Source: Lingula anatina (Eukaryota; Animalia; Brachiopoda). From it: a stretch of 64,000 nucleotides of DNA. The stretch is from NCBI GenBank assembly GCA_051362555.1, contig CM120640.1, forward strand, positions 10,974,001 to 11,038,000, written 5' to 3'. The notes under the pieces were generated by a model. That model was not told the DNA's origin. It searched no databases and was given only the letters and a program-made list of their open reading frames with translations. Of this stretch, positions 1-12,532 are shown piece after piece. Numbering within the stretch: position 1 is the first letter of the stretch; every line of letters begins with the position of its first letter. The position numbers and the translations under genes are program-made.

Positions 1-258
1 GTTAAGCGTCAGTTTAGCTTATTTGTAGTATGGCTAGCGTATCCCAAACGTAAGTGCAACGTGTGGGTGACATACGCCTAAAACGCGCCTATGCACTAAA
101 AATTTTTAACATGCTAAAAATCTTTTCCTCCTTCTGTGTATGTCAGCGTACACCAATGTCATGGCACTTATTATATATGCAAAACATATACGGTGTAAAA
201 GCAACGAACCCACTGCGCTTACCTGCGTATTTTATACGTTAGCGCAATACGCTATATA

Positions 259-733
259 CAACATTGGTCAAAAAGGTTGTCCCACCTTCAGTATTATGTG
301 CTTTTATTTATAAATGATCACAACACAGGTGAAGATTGTTATAAATAGTGATTTTCATTCCAGATACCATAGCTATCATGATTAGTGATACAGAAAATAC
401 AAACTAGCGGTGAAGATATCAATATTAAATACCATTTATTCACATTTATAACATGTACCCCCTCAAATCCGGCGTTTCACTGTGTAAAGAAATGTCCATT
501 AAATTGAAATGACACCACCAAATGTCACCAAATTTACACACATTTAGCATTAGGGTGTGCTCGTTAAAGGTCACTTGCCTAATAGCGTTTGTGTTTACCG
601 AGTACACTAATCATGTTACTTATGGTATCTGGAATGAAAATCACCATTCACAGCAATTAATTCCTGTGATGTGATCGTTTATAAATAAAAGTACATGAAA
701 CTGGGAGTGGGTCAACCTTTTTGACCAATGTTG
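259..733. mobile_element. Non-autonomous Tc1/mariner-derived element (internally deleted relative of 9670..11294)
   Basis: 27-bp terminal inverted repeats: CAACATTGGTCAAAAAGGTTGTCCCAC at 259 and gtgggtcaacctttttgaccaatgttg at 707-733. TA flanks both ends (257-258, 734-735). The body matches the left arm and right terminus of the 9670..11294 element. Confidence 0.85.
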
Positions 734-851
734 TATTGTGACAGTGCCCAATTTTTGGTAATGTAACGTTTAGGTTTTGATATTGAGCTTTATACGAATC
801 CTTTTATATTGAACATGCCCAATTTTTGCACCTTCATATATTAACGACCTG

Positions 852-971
852 GGGCCCGTAACTCGAAAGCATCGCGTATTGCGACCGAGCGCAAGCGTCT
901 CGATTCCATAACACGCCCATACTCGTCCCATATAATATTGGCAATACGCGATGCTTTCGAGTTACGGGGCC
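852..971. mobile_element. MITE, PIF/Harbinger-like hairpin element
   Basis: 847-882 and 941-976 are 36-bp inverted repeats with 2 mismatches. Termini are GGGCCC-type and CTG flanks both sides (849-851, 972-974), as expected of a 3-bp target duplication. Superfamily is inferred from the termini and TSD only. Confidence 0.7.
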
Positions 972-3900
972 CTGGTTGTCTATATCTCGTGTCTATGTTT
1001 TCTCATAAGAAATGTATCAGTATGATTTAACATCACATGCGAAGTACTTATAAGTCTAACTAATTGATATTCAAGATCAGATAAATTATGGTTTTCTTCA
1101 ATTCCGGCAGTATTCCGTGGCAAATGATCAGAGGGGTTCCTTGGGTAGTAAAATTTTAAATTGAATTTGTTAAAAGAAACGATATGTTGTATGTCAAAAT
1201 AAATTAAAAAAAAAACGATGCGATACATGAAGAGATATTAACTGCGGTGGTAATTTGGATTAACTGATTCGACGAATGTCTAATTAATCGTTGATCATGA
1301 CAAGATGCCATTTAGTGCTTTTGGTTGATTGCACACGATAAATACGGATTCATATTTGTACATACAGACGTGACATTTAATTTGGAATATTTTTTCCAAG
1401 TTATTTTCACCGATTTTTTCCATATTTTTCTGACTGATAATTGAAAATAAGGATTCAAATCGTGTTTTAAAAATTTTAATAATCTTTTCTATGCCACTAG
1501 GACATCATTTCTTTAACTGAGTTGCCCTAATTGAGCAAACAAATTCATGGCTAACTTTATATCATACAAAAATCATTAAAAGCATGATTTTGACCTCCAT
1601 ATATTCTAAATTTTCATTTATGAAAAATTTATATACCCCTCAAAGGAACATTTATTAGTGTTTTCTTAAAGCAACGGTCAGTGGTGCGTGTGGCCTCTTC
1701 TAGTTGATTCAAGGGCTCTCAAGCGGCAAGGCATTCCTTCCGACAAGTTTCTTAGAGTTGGATCTGGAATGAAACTCCAGGGATCGGTCAGATTTGTTGT
1801 AGGACCCAAAAGTCATTGATTCGGCAAGTAATGATTATCCACATATTGTCTGTAGGGGTCCTACTGTGGCGATCTTGATGACCGCGGTAGCTAATCATTC
1901 CCTTGGTTCTGCAAGTAATCTGCGAATACAAGTGCTCTCTTTTTGACGGGTATTTTCTTCTGGTAAAATAAAATTGTCCCCGAGTTGCCCTCCATCAAAT
2001 GGCAGGCATGTGGCTTCCAGAATTTTCCTGCATATGACATGGTTCAGGTTTCCAGATAATGATACTGTCACCGCCGCCGGTCACTCAAGGTGCGATACGC
2101 GCTTCGTTGTATGCGTCTTATGGATGTCTTTGAACTCACGTTTGACCATCTTGGCGGCACAGCTGAAATCTGACCTCAATAGCAAAAGCCACACGATTCC
2201 AGTGTTGTGCCAGCAAACGTTGATGGTTTCCAGACCATAAGAGAAATAAATGACGACTGTTCACGGTGACCTCACTAGAACCATATACCTCAATATAACC
2301 AGACTGGCGTTCGCAAAGAGCCTTGAAAGACCCTTTACGGTGGCAATCTGGCCCTCATTCTGAAGGGAACGGGTTCCATTTGTTTACTTGTAGCTGCAAA
2401 ACCGTAAAAACAATTGTTTCTGTTTCCTGGTGGCAAGTTTTGGATACCTTAACATCAGTCCTGCCATACCTCTTAAAGACTATACCTATTGTTTCCTGTG
2501 ACATTATGGTCTGGTTGACAATGTATGTCTGTTTCACACCATTCTGGCGCAAAGCATCAATCCTGTGACACACTACTTCGCTCAATTCACTGGCTTCTTG
2601 TATGCAAAATTTCAAAATCATCTGTGTAGGTGATACCGAAATCTGGAGATTCATTTTAACCGAACCATGCTCTCTCATAGTCCTAATAGGACCAGCCCAA
2701 CGGGTACTACACAATGAAGTAAGTGTAAAATACAAGGTTGATGTAGACGAGATAGTCAATTTATTGTTACTGACACAATTGACTACATAATTTTGAATTC
2801 ACATATCTCATATGAGAAATACAAAATTTAAAAGAACAAGTTTTATCCCTAGACAATCCTTTGAAACTGAAACTGTTGCTGCTGTTGCACTTTACTTGAT
2901 ACCGGAAACATAGGCTTACATCAGCATTAGGGCCTATAACAGACAGGCCAGTATTAATGCTTTCTTGTGTTATCGTCGAAGAATGACATACCTTTAAGTC
3001 CGAAAAGGTAACAACTGTTTCGAAGACATATTAAAGGGAAACCTGAGACGAGTCACGCGCTTTAAAGTAGAACCTAACCAACAGCAAGCAAAAGTATTCT
3101 ATTGTTATGACCATCGATTGAAAGGTAAAATGAGGAATTTAAGAAAGCTTACAGGATAGAGAATGAAATATTTAATTTGTTTCAAAGACCAAATGTCAGT
3201 CTTTGCAGTTTGTGTGTTGCTGGTAAAGTAATTGACATACGTACTTTGGTTCTCCCTGTTTACTTGGCGTGGTTAAGTGTCCATTGGGTCATTATAGGAG
3301 AGTAGTGGCGGAAGGCATGTGATGGCCGATGAAACCCACCTAATTTACTAACATGAATTCACGTACTTGAATTATGCAATATTTCCTATTATGTTATTTT
3401 AGCTCATCATGTTTCATTATTTTTTATTGTGACTTTTATTGCATCTATTCGTTTCATTACTATTGCTATTTTTATTACTGTTGTTTATAATAAAAATGAT
3501 ATTATTATTATTATTATTATTATTTACTTACTTTTTTCTTGAATATGTTTACCGAAGGTGTGAATAGTGACACATCTCCCCAAATGAAAGAAATGAATCA
3601 TTAAAAATATATTAAACGACCTCATTCAAATTACTTTATACATGTGCGTTGGACCAAATAGTAGGGGGCGGCAATGTTTATGATTCACCGTTTCTCAACA
3701 TCCAGCATCCAACGTTTTTTTTTTTTGTTTTTTTTTATGGATTTTATCTACATCAATTTTCATGTAGAAACCACATTTTACGAATGTTCTCTTTTGGTTA
3801 CTTATCTTATTTGTGGTTTTTCTGAAACGTTGCAGACCTTTAGGCATATAAATAATCAATAAATATAGACCTGTAAGTATAATATTGTTAATCAGCCGGG

Positions 3901-4871
3901 GATATGCAGTGGAGAAGGGGCAAAGAATATTAATTATATTTTTTCGAAGACCTGACGCAATGAAACAGAATGGAACGGATTGAGAGCTTTAAATATATGT
4001 GGATATAACATACTCTTATATCAATATTAAATTATGTGTGAGATAAAACACTGACAACCTGGACAATATATGCCAGAAGTCCTCAAGCGTCGAGCGCATT
4101 TCACCGAAAAAGATCCCTAAAACCGAATAAAGCAAACATCGCCACAATCACATAACTTCTTTAGGGGTGAATGACTGGATAAGAAGTATTTCTACCCACA
4201 ATCTTTAAAACTTTAACGCTTTCGATCCAAAATACATTTTTTGACAAGTGTGAAGACAAATGTAATTATTTATAAACCTTATGATGGTCTTTGCTTCGGT
4301 CACCGAAAATGCTAACAAGTACAACATTGATTATTCTATAAACACGAAAGCTCAGAAAACATCCTATTGCATAAGAATGTGGGTGTGTTTGAAAAACTAA
4401 GACAACAGATATTTGGAACCACCTAAAATAAAGAAGGCCATTTAAAACATCGATCAAGTTCACATCGTAGGTTTAATGAAGTGTGTAAATATCGTAAACT
4501 GTTTATGAACCTTCGTGTGGGCTTCTGGTTGGTCTTCGGAACTGAAAACAAGAACGACATTAATCTCTCAATTAACGCCTACGCGTACATGTATGTGTTT
4601 GAAAACGCTTACCATTGTGAAAGAATTAAGGCGGCATAATTGCCAATACGACTGACTTCGCATATTTGATTTAGATGAATGGATGAGTGAATATGTGGAC
4701 AGTGTCAAAGCCATTCTATTATTTGGTGTTAAACATCTTTCTGAACTCAAAATGAGGGGCTGGGCTTCGACGTGTACATGCATTTTGAATATTCATGGTA
4801 CTACTTGCCGCCTGCCTCTGATTCTTAAAACGGCCCATATGCTCGTTACGCACTTAACGGTCTGCACATAG

Positions 4872-4879
4872 TATATAAG
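4872..4879 (+). promoter_or_regulatory. Candidate TATA box of neurotrophin NT-A
   Basis: TATATAAG about 120 bp upstream of the inferred ATG at 4994. Confidence 0.45.
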
Positions 4880-4993
4880 CAGGTCTCACACAGAATCTGT
4901 ACTCCAGGTAAACAGTAATTGGTATCATTGAAACTATAGTAACGGACTTCAGTTAATTGGCCAAAACAAGACGAATATATCACCGGAACAACA

Positions 4994-5008
4994 ATGAGAT
5001 GCATGTGG
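4994..5008 (+). CDS. Neurotrophin NT-A coding exon 1 (MRCMW)
   Basis: acaATG context, donor TGG|gtaggt, phase 0. Joined to 6765 it completes the signal peptide MRCMWEPGFLVAAMAVVLFVPAIA. Confidence 0.6.
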
Positions 5009-6764
5009 GTAGGTATATCGAGCAATTTTTAAAGAGCATTGGTTGACATTTTCTTACATTTTAGATTGTCACGTAAGTTTCGTATGTTTTGCTTGGTCTA
5101 ATCGAATTTGTACGAACCATTTCCGGCGTTTTTTTTTTTCGGAAGCTGACCAATAGCCCATGGTCAAATTGATTCACCGCTTGACTATACAGGGCTTATA
5201 CATTGAACTACGACACAAGTTAATATATTGCCAATAAATCTATGGTTTTACGCATATTTTTAAATGTCAATAATCTTAAAGAAATGGCAGTAGAATTTTA
5301 TTAAGTTTAAGGAGCCGCGTAGTTTTCAGACGTCAATTTAACCCTATGAATATATGTTTGCAATATGTTTCTAAAAAACAACAAAACACCACTATCAGCA
5401 TTATTTTTAGATAGAAAAAATACTGTACTTTTGAAAACGAGTGTTTTTTATTAACATTGACATAGATGTAATTGTAAAAGACTCAATTTTTGCATTATTC
5501 CATTTATCATCTTTTTCATATTGACGCTCTGCGAAGTAAACAACAAATACGTTGCTTAATTAATTTCTTATCTCCATTTTCTTATGTTAGACTATTCCAG
5601 GAACGGCTTATCGTATTTCTTTCATTCTAAACAGAGCTGTAGGAAAGAGTGCCGCACTTTCAAGATCAATAAAATACCACAGCTCACCGGTGTAAAACAT
5701 GTTTTGAATATACACAATGTGTATGTCCAGTTGTCTCATTCGCAGAACTAATGTTTAAAGACACATATAGATGTGACATTATTAAGACTCTTTTGTCACA
5801 GGGAATAGTGAAAGATCAGCCAATACATCATCATTTCAGAGAACGTCTTACCATTTTAATGTAACTTAGGCTCTTTGAGTTCCACTCAATATATATACAT
5901 ATATATTAGTATCATAACAATGCGAAGGTAATACTCCTTACAAAAACAAGTCAGACGGGCTTCAGAAATTGTTAATCCAAAAGCTACAGAAAACCCCAAA
6001 ATGTCGGTAATGTAAAGATGTTAACAAGAATTAAATAAACATGGAATTCTTAACAAGCCATGGTCAGCAAATGGTTCGTTTCCCTCTATCCAAGTGTTGT
6101 TAATGACCCGTGATTCGTACTTGTTAGCCATGCGTGTAAGCAATGATCTGGCAATAGTGTGGGAATGTGTTTATCAAGCTCTTTTATCAGATAAGAGATT
6201 TAATCATTTGGTAGTTAGCGAGAAAACAAGTTGCAACAGCCAGATTGAAGCGTAGGATTGAAATTGATTAAAAACTGTGTCATTATTCTGTGTCCTATAG
6301 TTTGAACAAATATTTTTCGAGTTATTTAGGGGAATTTATCAAAAACGGTTTTACTTCTCCGTAAAAAAACAAAGCCAAAGGGGAATTATCATCCCAAATA
6401 AAGAAATTAGGTGTTATCACATTCTTCTTAATGCATATTGGTCTATACCGGTGCTTCCAATTACCAACAAATCAAAGAAGATGGAACAATAAAGAACTTG
6501 ATAGCGTGGGTTTATTTCCTTTTAATATACCAATTCGTCAGTCATTTACAAAAGTGCGTAGTCTTGGGAAAATTACCAACATAGGTGTATTATAGTTGTT
6601 GATTGCGGGATTACAAACTGATTAACCATCAGATAGGGTTCTGTATACGGCAGGTATTCTGCTGCTTAGATACAGCACAAACGGTTATGTAGCTACACAA
6701 CAGGACTACTTTTCGGGTATTTTACATACTGTAACATGTAAGTTTTTTTATTTTTCATCCTTAG

Positions 6765-7433
6765 GAACCAGGTTTCCTTGTGGCAGCTATGGCAGTTGTT
6801 TTGTTTGTACCAGCCATAGCTGTTCCGCTGAATTCTACACCGTCCAGTTTCATGTCGACATCATCCAACAAAAGATCATCAAACGGTAATACCCAAAAAC
6901 ATCTACCAGTGCCAAGGCTTGAACCCAAGAGACCCTTAATTCTAGATCTTGAGCCAGATCCAAGAAAGGCAAGTCATCTTGTTTTATTGTCATCTACCGT
7001 GCCTTCTCACACACCATTAGAAACAATTCCCGAGGAAATATTATGGGGACTAAATGCCACAAACCGAAATCGGGTCAAAAAAGAATTTGACTTTATAAAA
7101 CGACCAGTGTGTGACGTAATATCGCGATGGAATCCTAAAACTGAAGCTATAGATATGGCTGGCAACGTAGTGACTGTAGTTCAGAAGATATCCGTTGGAA
7201 ATAGTGTTGTGAACCAATTTTTCTACGAAAGGAGTTGTGCCCATGAAGAGCGTTATTGTAAAGGCATAGACTCTAAGAAATTTGAATCACAGTGTGAAAC
7301 AAGAAACATGTATGGATATGCAAAAGTTCGCGACCGATATGGCACTGAAGGCTGGGGAAGAATAGCCATACCAGGAGGTTGTGAGTGCGTATTTTACCAA
7401 AAGGACCCATTTGGTTTAATAGACAATAATTGA
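6765..7433 (+). CDS. Neurotrophin (NGF family) NT-A main exon: prepro region plus complete cystine knot; 227 aa with exon 1
   Basis: Acceptor ttcatccttag|GAA. Pro-region DPRKASHLVLLSSTVP resembles the NGF/BDNF pro-domain motif. Basic sites RVKK and IKR. Six Cys in NGF spacing with motifs VCD..W, AIDMAGNVVTVV, QFFYERSC, CKGIDSKKFESQC, W.RI.I..GCEC. Confidence 0.93.
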   Translation, partial: EPGFLVAAMAVVLFVPAIAVPLNSTPSSFMSTSSNKRSSNGNTQKHLPVPRLEPKRPLILDLEPDPRKASHLVLLSSTVPSHTPLETIPEEILWGLNATNRNRVKKEFDFIKRPVCDVISRWNPKTEAIDMAGNVVTVVQKISVGNSVVNQFFYERSCAHEERYCKGIDSKKFESQCETRNMYGYAKVRDRYGTEGWGRIAIPGGCECVFYQKDPFGLIDNN

Positions 7434-7442
7434 CATAAAAAG

Positions 7443-7503
7443 AAAAGTATTTGAAAGAAGTGCGTGACCCAAAAGTATTTGAAAGAAGTGCGTGACGCAG
7501 ATC

Positions 7504-7560
<57 letters not shown>
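7443..7560. repeat. 26-bp tandem duplication followed by a (TA)n microsatellite in the NT-A 3' UTR
   Basis: aaaagtatttgaaagaagtgcgtgac at 7443 and 7471; (TA)n at about 7508-7560. Confidence 0.9.
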
Positions 7561-7563
<3 letters not shown>

Positions 7564-9129
7564 CTATTAGATACGCTTGTTCAAGCGTCAGTTTTTATTT
7601 TTGGCCTTTGTTCATTAACATTAACTTTGAATACCGCAAACATCCATTTACAGCAACTATAGGCATACACCCCTTTGGTTATGTCGATGGCAATTTAGAA
7701 TAATGCCGAAGAGACTAGTTTTCGTGAATTCTTGTATGAAATGGGCTTTTGAAAGCTCACTTCAGAATAGCGAAATGATTGATAGGCATTTAGGTGCCGT
7801 TTAGTACATCTGCTTCGTGACAAGATGGACATACGTACCATATTGCTTTCAAAGCACCGCCCCGTGTGTCACGTCGTAATGGAACGAATTACCAAAAAAT
7901 AGTGTCGTAAGACTTGCCATTTTAGAGGGTTCACAGTAGTTATTCCACAGTGGCGGTAATTTTCACACAGATATCTTTTCTGCTGTAGATGCGAGTAGAT
8001 GAAAAAAGATCCAATAGATGGAGCAAGTTAAATATGGATCTCTTGTGGAAATGATGAATTTTCGGATAGTAAAATAGATCACTGAGTGTATTACTTATAT
8101 CATGCGTATATTAAAATAAACTGTGTATTACATCCATAAAGAATGATGATGACTTTAGTTGGATAAATTTAATTCTATAGCTCCGTTTTTGAAGGTTGAT
8201 AATGATGTCTAAATTTCCGAAACCCTAATTGAATTGACAGTATGTAACTTTCGCCACTTAATTTAAATTGGATAGAATAAATGTGTGATCTTTGTACCGA
8301 TGGCTCTCTTTCTCTTTCAAACTGTAGGTTGTTTACAATTTAAAATATATATTCAAAACGAAAAGTGAACTGCGCCTTTATTTGGACAATCTTATCCAAT
8401 AAGGTTATTGCTAGGGAACTGTAGCAGTCAAGCATCTCTTATTTGTACGAAAATTCCAAGCTTGCATGACCCCCCCCCCCCTCCAACAGTCCCTGAATGC
8501 ATAGACATGGATGCGATACTAAAGCCAGCAAACGCTTTGTTACGCTATTTTTGCTTTTAATTCTTTTATACTAATTAAAACAGTCTCCCACTTTTGGTGA
8601 AACAGGAATATACATGTTGTAAGTTTTCTTTTCATTAGGAGTGCTGGTGCTCGAAATCTCGACAAATAGGTATGTTTGCATATAAAGTATTACCAAATGG
8701 ACCAGAATGGACGATGTTACTTGATACGCCATGCTTGTGATATTCTTATAAATATTTATTTCACTATTCCTTGCTTTAATTTATTATTTGTTGACTGCAT
8801 TTAACTTATTTAGATAAGAATGTGCAAAAGTTCACGACCGATATGGCACTACTAATCAAAAATTGACACATTGAATCAATCAATTATGATGAAACATATT
8901 CCATGTCCCAAAACAATACCAAAAGTTTTGTAAGTTTAAGAATGTATTATAAGATAAGTGTTTCACAAACTATAGAAAAATGCTCTCTCCTTTGACAATT
9001 GGTATTAATTTAATATTTTTAAAGGCGCGGTGGTCGTTCAGGTGGTACAAGGGAGTTGGATAGGGGGTCCAGGTGGTAATGTTGACCTTGCAGGACAGTG
9101 GTATGCAAATAAAGTTGATCGTTCACCCT

Positions 9130-9500
9130 TTTCTATTTAATTTCTGGAGGTTTTTTATTGGCTGACAAGGAAATAACTGAAGAAAGATTACAAAAGAGCC
9201 AGAATTCGCCCAAGCTCTTAGGATTGGCCAGCAGTAGCCATGGGTCCTCCAAACAACGCTCACTGTAGGCAGAAACATGGTTGAATGAACGCCTTTGATT
9301 GATAAGTTGCCAGTGATGTGCAGGGAATGCAAAGATGAGTCTCAATGTAGGTCGGACATTGCTCGGAGGTATCGTCCATTATTGTCCTCGGTTGTACAAA
9401 AGACGTACAGGGAAGGAATGCCAGTGGCTCAAGGATGCACAGGTAGTTCGTGCTGGTTCTACATGAAGAGCTTAGATGAAGTCTTTCAAATGAGGCAAAA
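9130..9500 (-). mobile_element. Degenerate LINE (L2/CR1-like) ORF2 3' fragment
   Basis: Minus-strand frames give NNGRYLRAM..SSLHSLH and PAHHWQLINQRRSFNHVSAYSERCL, resembling the QNxAAR...LHWLPIxQRIxF...KCL post-RT motif. Frameshifted. Confidence 0.4.
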
Positions 9501-9669
9501 TGAACTCTGGACCATTTACGTACACACGCTTTTTGCGGGCTCTGGCGAATTTTGACCGTCCTGGTCGTATTTCTGGTCGCACAAGAGCGACACAAAGGTC
9601 GCAACTCTCTGTAAAGGGGTTTTAGGTCCAATGGGGCCCCAGAACAAATTTAGGTTGGTGGCCACTATA

Positions 9670-11294
9670 CAACATTGGTCAAAAAGGTTGTCCCACCTTC
9701 AGTATCATGTGCTTTTATATATAAATGATCAGATCACAGGTGAATTTTTTTATAAATAGTGATGTTCATTTCAGATATCATAACTAACATGATTAGAGAT
9801 ACAGAAAATACAAACTAGCGGTGAAGATATCAATATTTTTATTTATTCACATTTATTACATGTACCCCCTCAAATCCGACGTTTCACTGTGATTTTCACA
9901 GACGTAAAGAAATGTCCATTAAATTGAAATGACACCACTAAATGTCACCAAATTTACATACATTTAGCATTAGGGCCTGCTCGTTAAAGGCTATGTGTCT
10001 AATAGCGTTTGTGTTTACCGCGTATTGTAACTATCTCCTGTAGGCGGCGCGACCTGCCTTCAACAAGGGTAACAAAAATTCTGTTTTTTTTTTTATTGTC
10101 CCATTCTTCCTAAAGAGCTTGGGGGCGTTGGTCCAGATTATTAGGAGTTTGGTTCTCCTTTGCATTGCACACTTCACTTCATGCCACAGATGCTTAGTAA
10201 GGTTGATAACAGGGCTCAAAGATGGTTGCTCCATCCTCGGAACATTGGGTTTCTGCAACAAATCTTCCAGCAGAAGAGAGCTGTGAGCAAGTGCATTTCC
10301 ACGATGACGTCTGCAGTATCCCTGAAGTTACCTCTTGCAAATGGTTGTTGAGAATGTTTCAGTGAAATGCCCCAGTAACGTTCTTTTTCAGAAAGAACAA
10401 TGTTCTAAAACCATGGGCTTGGAATGCTCACCAAACATGGACTGGCCTGACACCGCAGGCGATATTATTCTGCACACATCTTCCAAAAAGCATTTTGCAA
10501 CATGTCTACGGGCCCTAATTTGACCATCGAAGGCATACAAGAAATACCTTGTTTCTTCAGCAAAAGCAACTTGTTCCTAGTGATGATTGACCAAGGTCTG
10601 GTAGTTCTGGGATCAGTGAACATTCTCAACTAATACCTCATTCCATCTGCAAGAGGGAACTTCGGGGATGATCCAGGCCTCATCATGACAGCACACTTGC
10701 ACACAGTTCTCATGTAGTGAGTAATTTGTTGCAGAAACCCAATGCTTTGAGGCTGGAGAAACAATCTTTGCATCCTGATAATGAACTTACTGAGCACCCG
10801 AGACATGAATTGAAGTGTGCAATCCAGAGGAGAATAAAACTCCAAATAGTCCGGACCAATTCCGCCAAGCTTTTTTAGGAAACATGGGACAATTTTCAAC
10901 AAAACAGAATTGTTGTCCTTGTTGAAAGCAGCGGAGATAATTACAGTACAGGAGATAATTACAGTACGCGGTAAATACACATGCTAATAGACACGTAACC
11001 TTTAACGAGCACACCCTGATGCTAAACGCGTGTAAATTTGGTGACACTTGGTGGTGTCTTTTCAATTTAATGGGCATTTCTTTACCTCCGTGGAAATGAC
11101 AGTGGAACATCGGATTTGAGGGGGTACATATAATAAACTAAATAAATGGTATTAAATATGGATATCTTCACCGCTAGTTTGTATTTTCTGTAACACTAAT
11201 CATGTTATTTATGGTGTCTGGAATGAAAATCAACATTCAAAGCAATTAACTCCTGTGATGGGGGTGGGACAACCTTTTTGGAACAAACAATGTG
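9670..11294. mobile_element. Tc1/mariner-derived foldback element with decayed transposase
   Basis: Same TIR as 259..733, with TA at both ends. About 9670-10380 and about 10600-11294 are long diverged inverted copies. Minus strand 10031-10590 has transposase relics EQVAFAEETRY (like V.FSDES.F) and EQPSLSPVINLTKHLWHEVK (like WP..SPDLNPIEHLW..LK). Confidence 0.85.
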
Positions 11295-12159
11295 TACAAC
11301 ATTTTAGAAACGTTCAACAAACATCTTTTATGCCAGAAGACGAAACGTTTTCTTGACCAAGACCATTTTCTGAGAAGTGGACAGAGCCAAATTTACAACA
11401 GCTGAGATGCACTGCTGTAGCTGAGATTTTGGCTCAGCAGTAGCAATGTATTGAGTAGCAAGTGGAATAAAAAATGGGTTTTCACAACCCTGACACACAA
11501 AGATACCGCGCTTTTCAACTGTTAAACCTCCTGCTATTTATTATATATCTGTATTTGCACGAATGTACTTTATTAATATGAGCAGAATAGTTTTGATAAA
11601 AGGCAAAGAAATATTTTTAAAATTTGGTGCAAAGTTTTGTTTTGGTTGCCAAAATTTCTAGGTACGTTTTAAATACACGAACTGTTTAACTCGGCAAGGG
11701 CTTTGATAATGGAAAAATTGCGCTACGAGATAATAATTACGTTTATCTGAATCTATGTTTATTTTGCAGCAATTGCTTTACCATACAAGCAAATGTATTG
11801 GTTCTTTACTAGATAAAGCGCTATTGTTTCTTCACGAAGAAACTGGTTTTAGTACACGTAGTTTTTCTGCCATTACTTCTTTGTTCTGTAGCTTTTCCTG
11901 TGATAAACTTGCACTCAAAGTGCATGTCAGTCACAATTTAGAGGCAAAAAAGCCTCAGTTCATTTGGTGTGAATGGAGTTTTTGAATTCAAATGGTATTT
12001 TAAGATTTGAAATCATCCGTGACAAAAAGCACTCCTTTAGATTGAACCATAAACCTTTAAATGACCATCATCAGTAGGGGTTATTGAGGTGGTTTTCAGT
12101 CCATGGAAAGTTCAGAACACTTAATACAAGAAAGACCAAGCATGCATAAGGGAACCACT

Positions 12160-12532
12160 CTCCCAGGACTGTAAATTCATGTTTTAACATCTCTCTCACG
12201 ACTGAACATTCCTCTTTAAATATGTCCAGTCCCCAAGGACTGAAAATTCATTTTTATATTTCCAATATCAGTGGGCTGAAAATTCATTTATATTCATTTA
12301 TATTACTACATGTATTTACCCAGACCTGAAAATTCACCTTTTTTAATATCACCAATATCCCAGTGCTGAAAATAAATTATCCTTTTACATTACCAGTCCC
12401 CTAGGACTGAAAATCCATCCTTTTTTAGTATAAGCCTTTCGGGATTGGAAATTGGTATTTTAATAATACCAATCTCCCAAACAGAAAATTTGTCTTTTGC
12501 GATATTTATACTCCAGGGACTGAAAATTTGTG
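12160..12532. repeat. Degenerate ~37-bp tandem (minisatellite-like) array, about 10 units
   Basis: Core ggactgaaaattcat and variants recur near 12168, 12200, 12237, 12274, 12324, 12365, 12405, 12442, 12481 and 12517. One inverted core (ttttcagtcc) lies near 12095. Confidence 0.75.

Noticed and set aside
1-256. Repeat-like segment preceding the Tc1 derivative
   Set aside because: Probably a truncated decayed DNA element, but its termini are not visible, so it cannot be classified.
12160-12532. CRISPR-like regular repeats
   Set aside because: Units are degenerate, the intervening sequences resemble each other rather than being unique spacers, there are no cas genes, and the context is eukaryotic.
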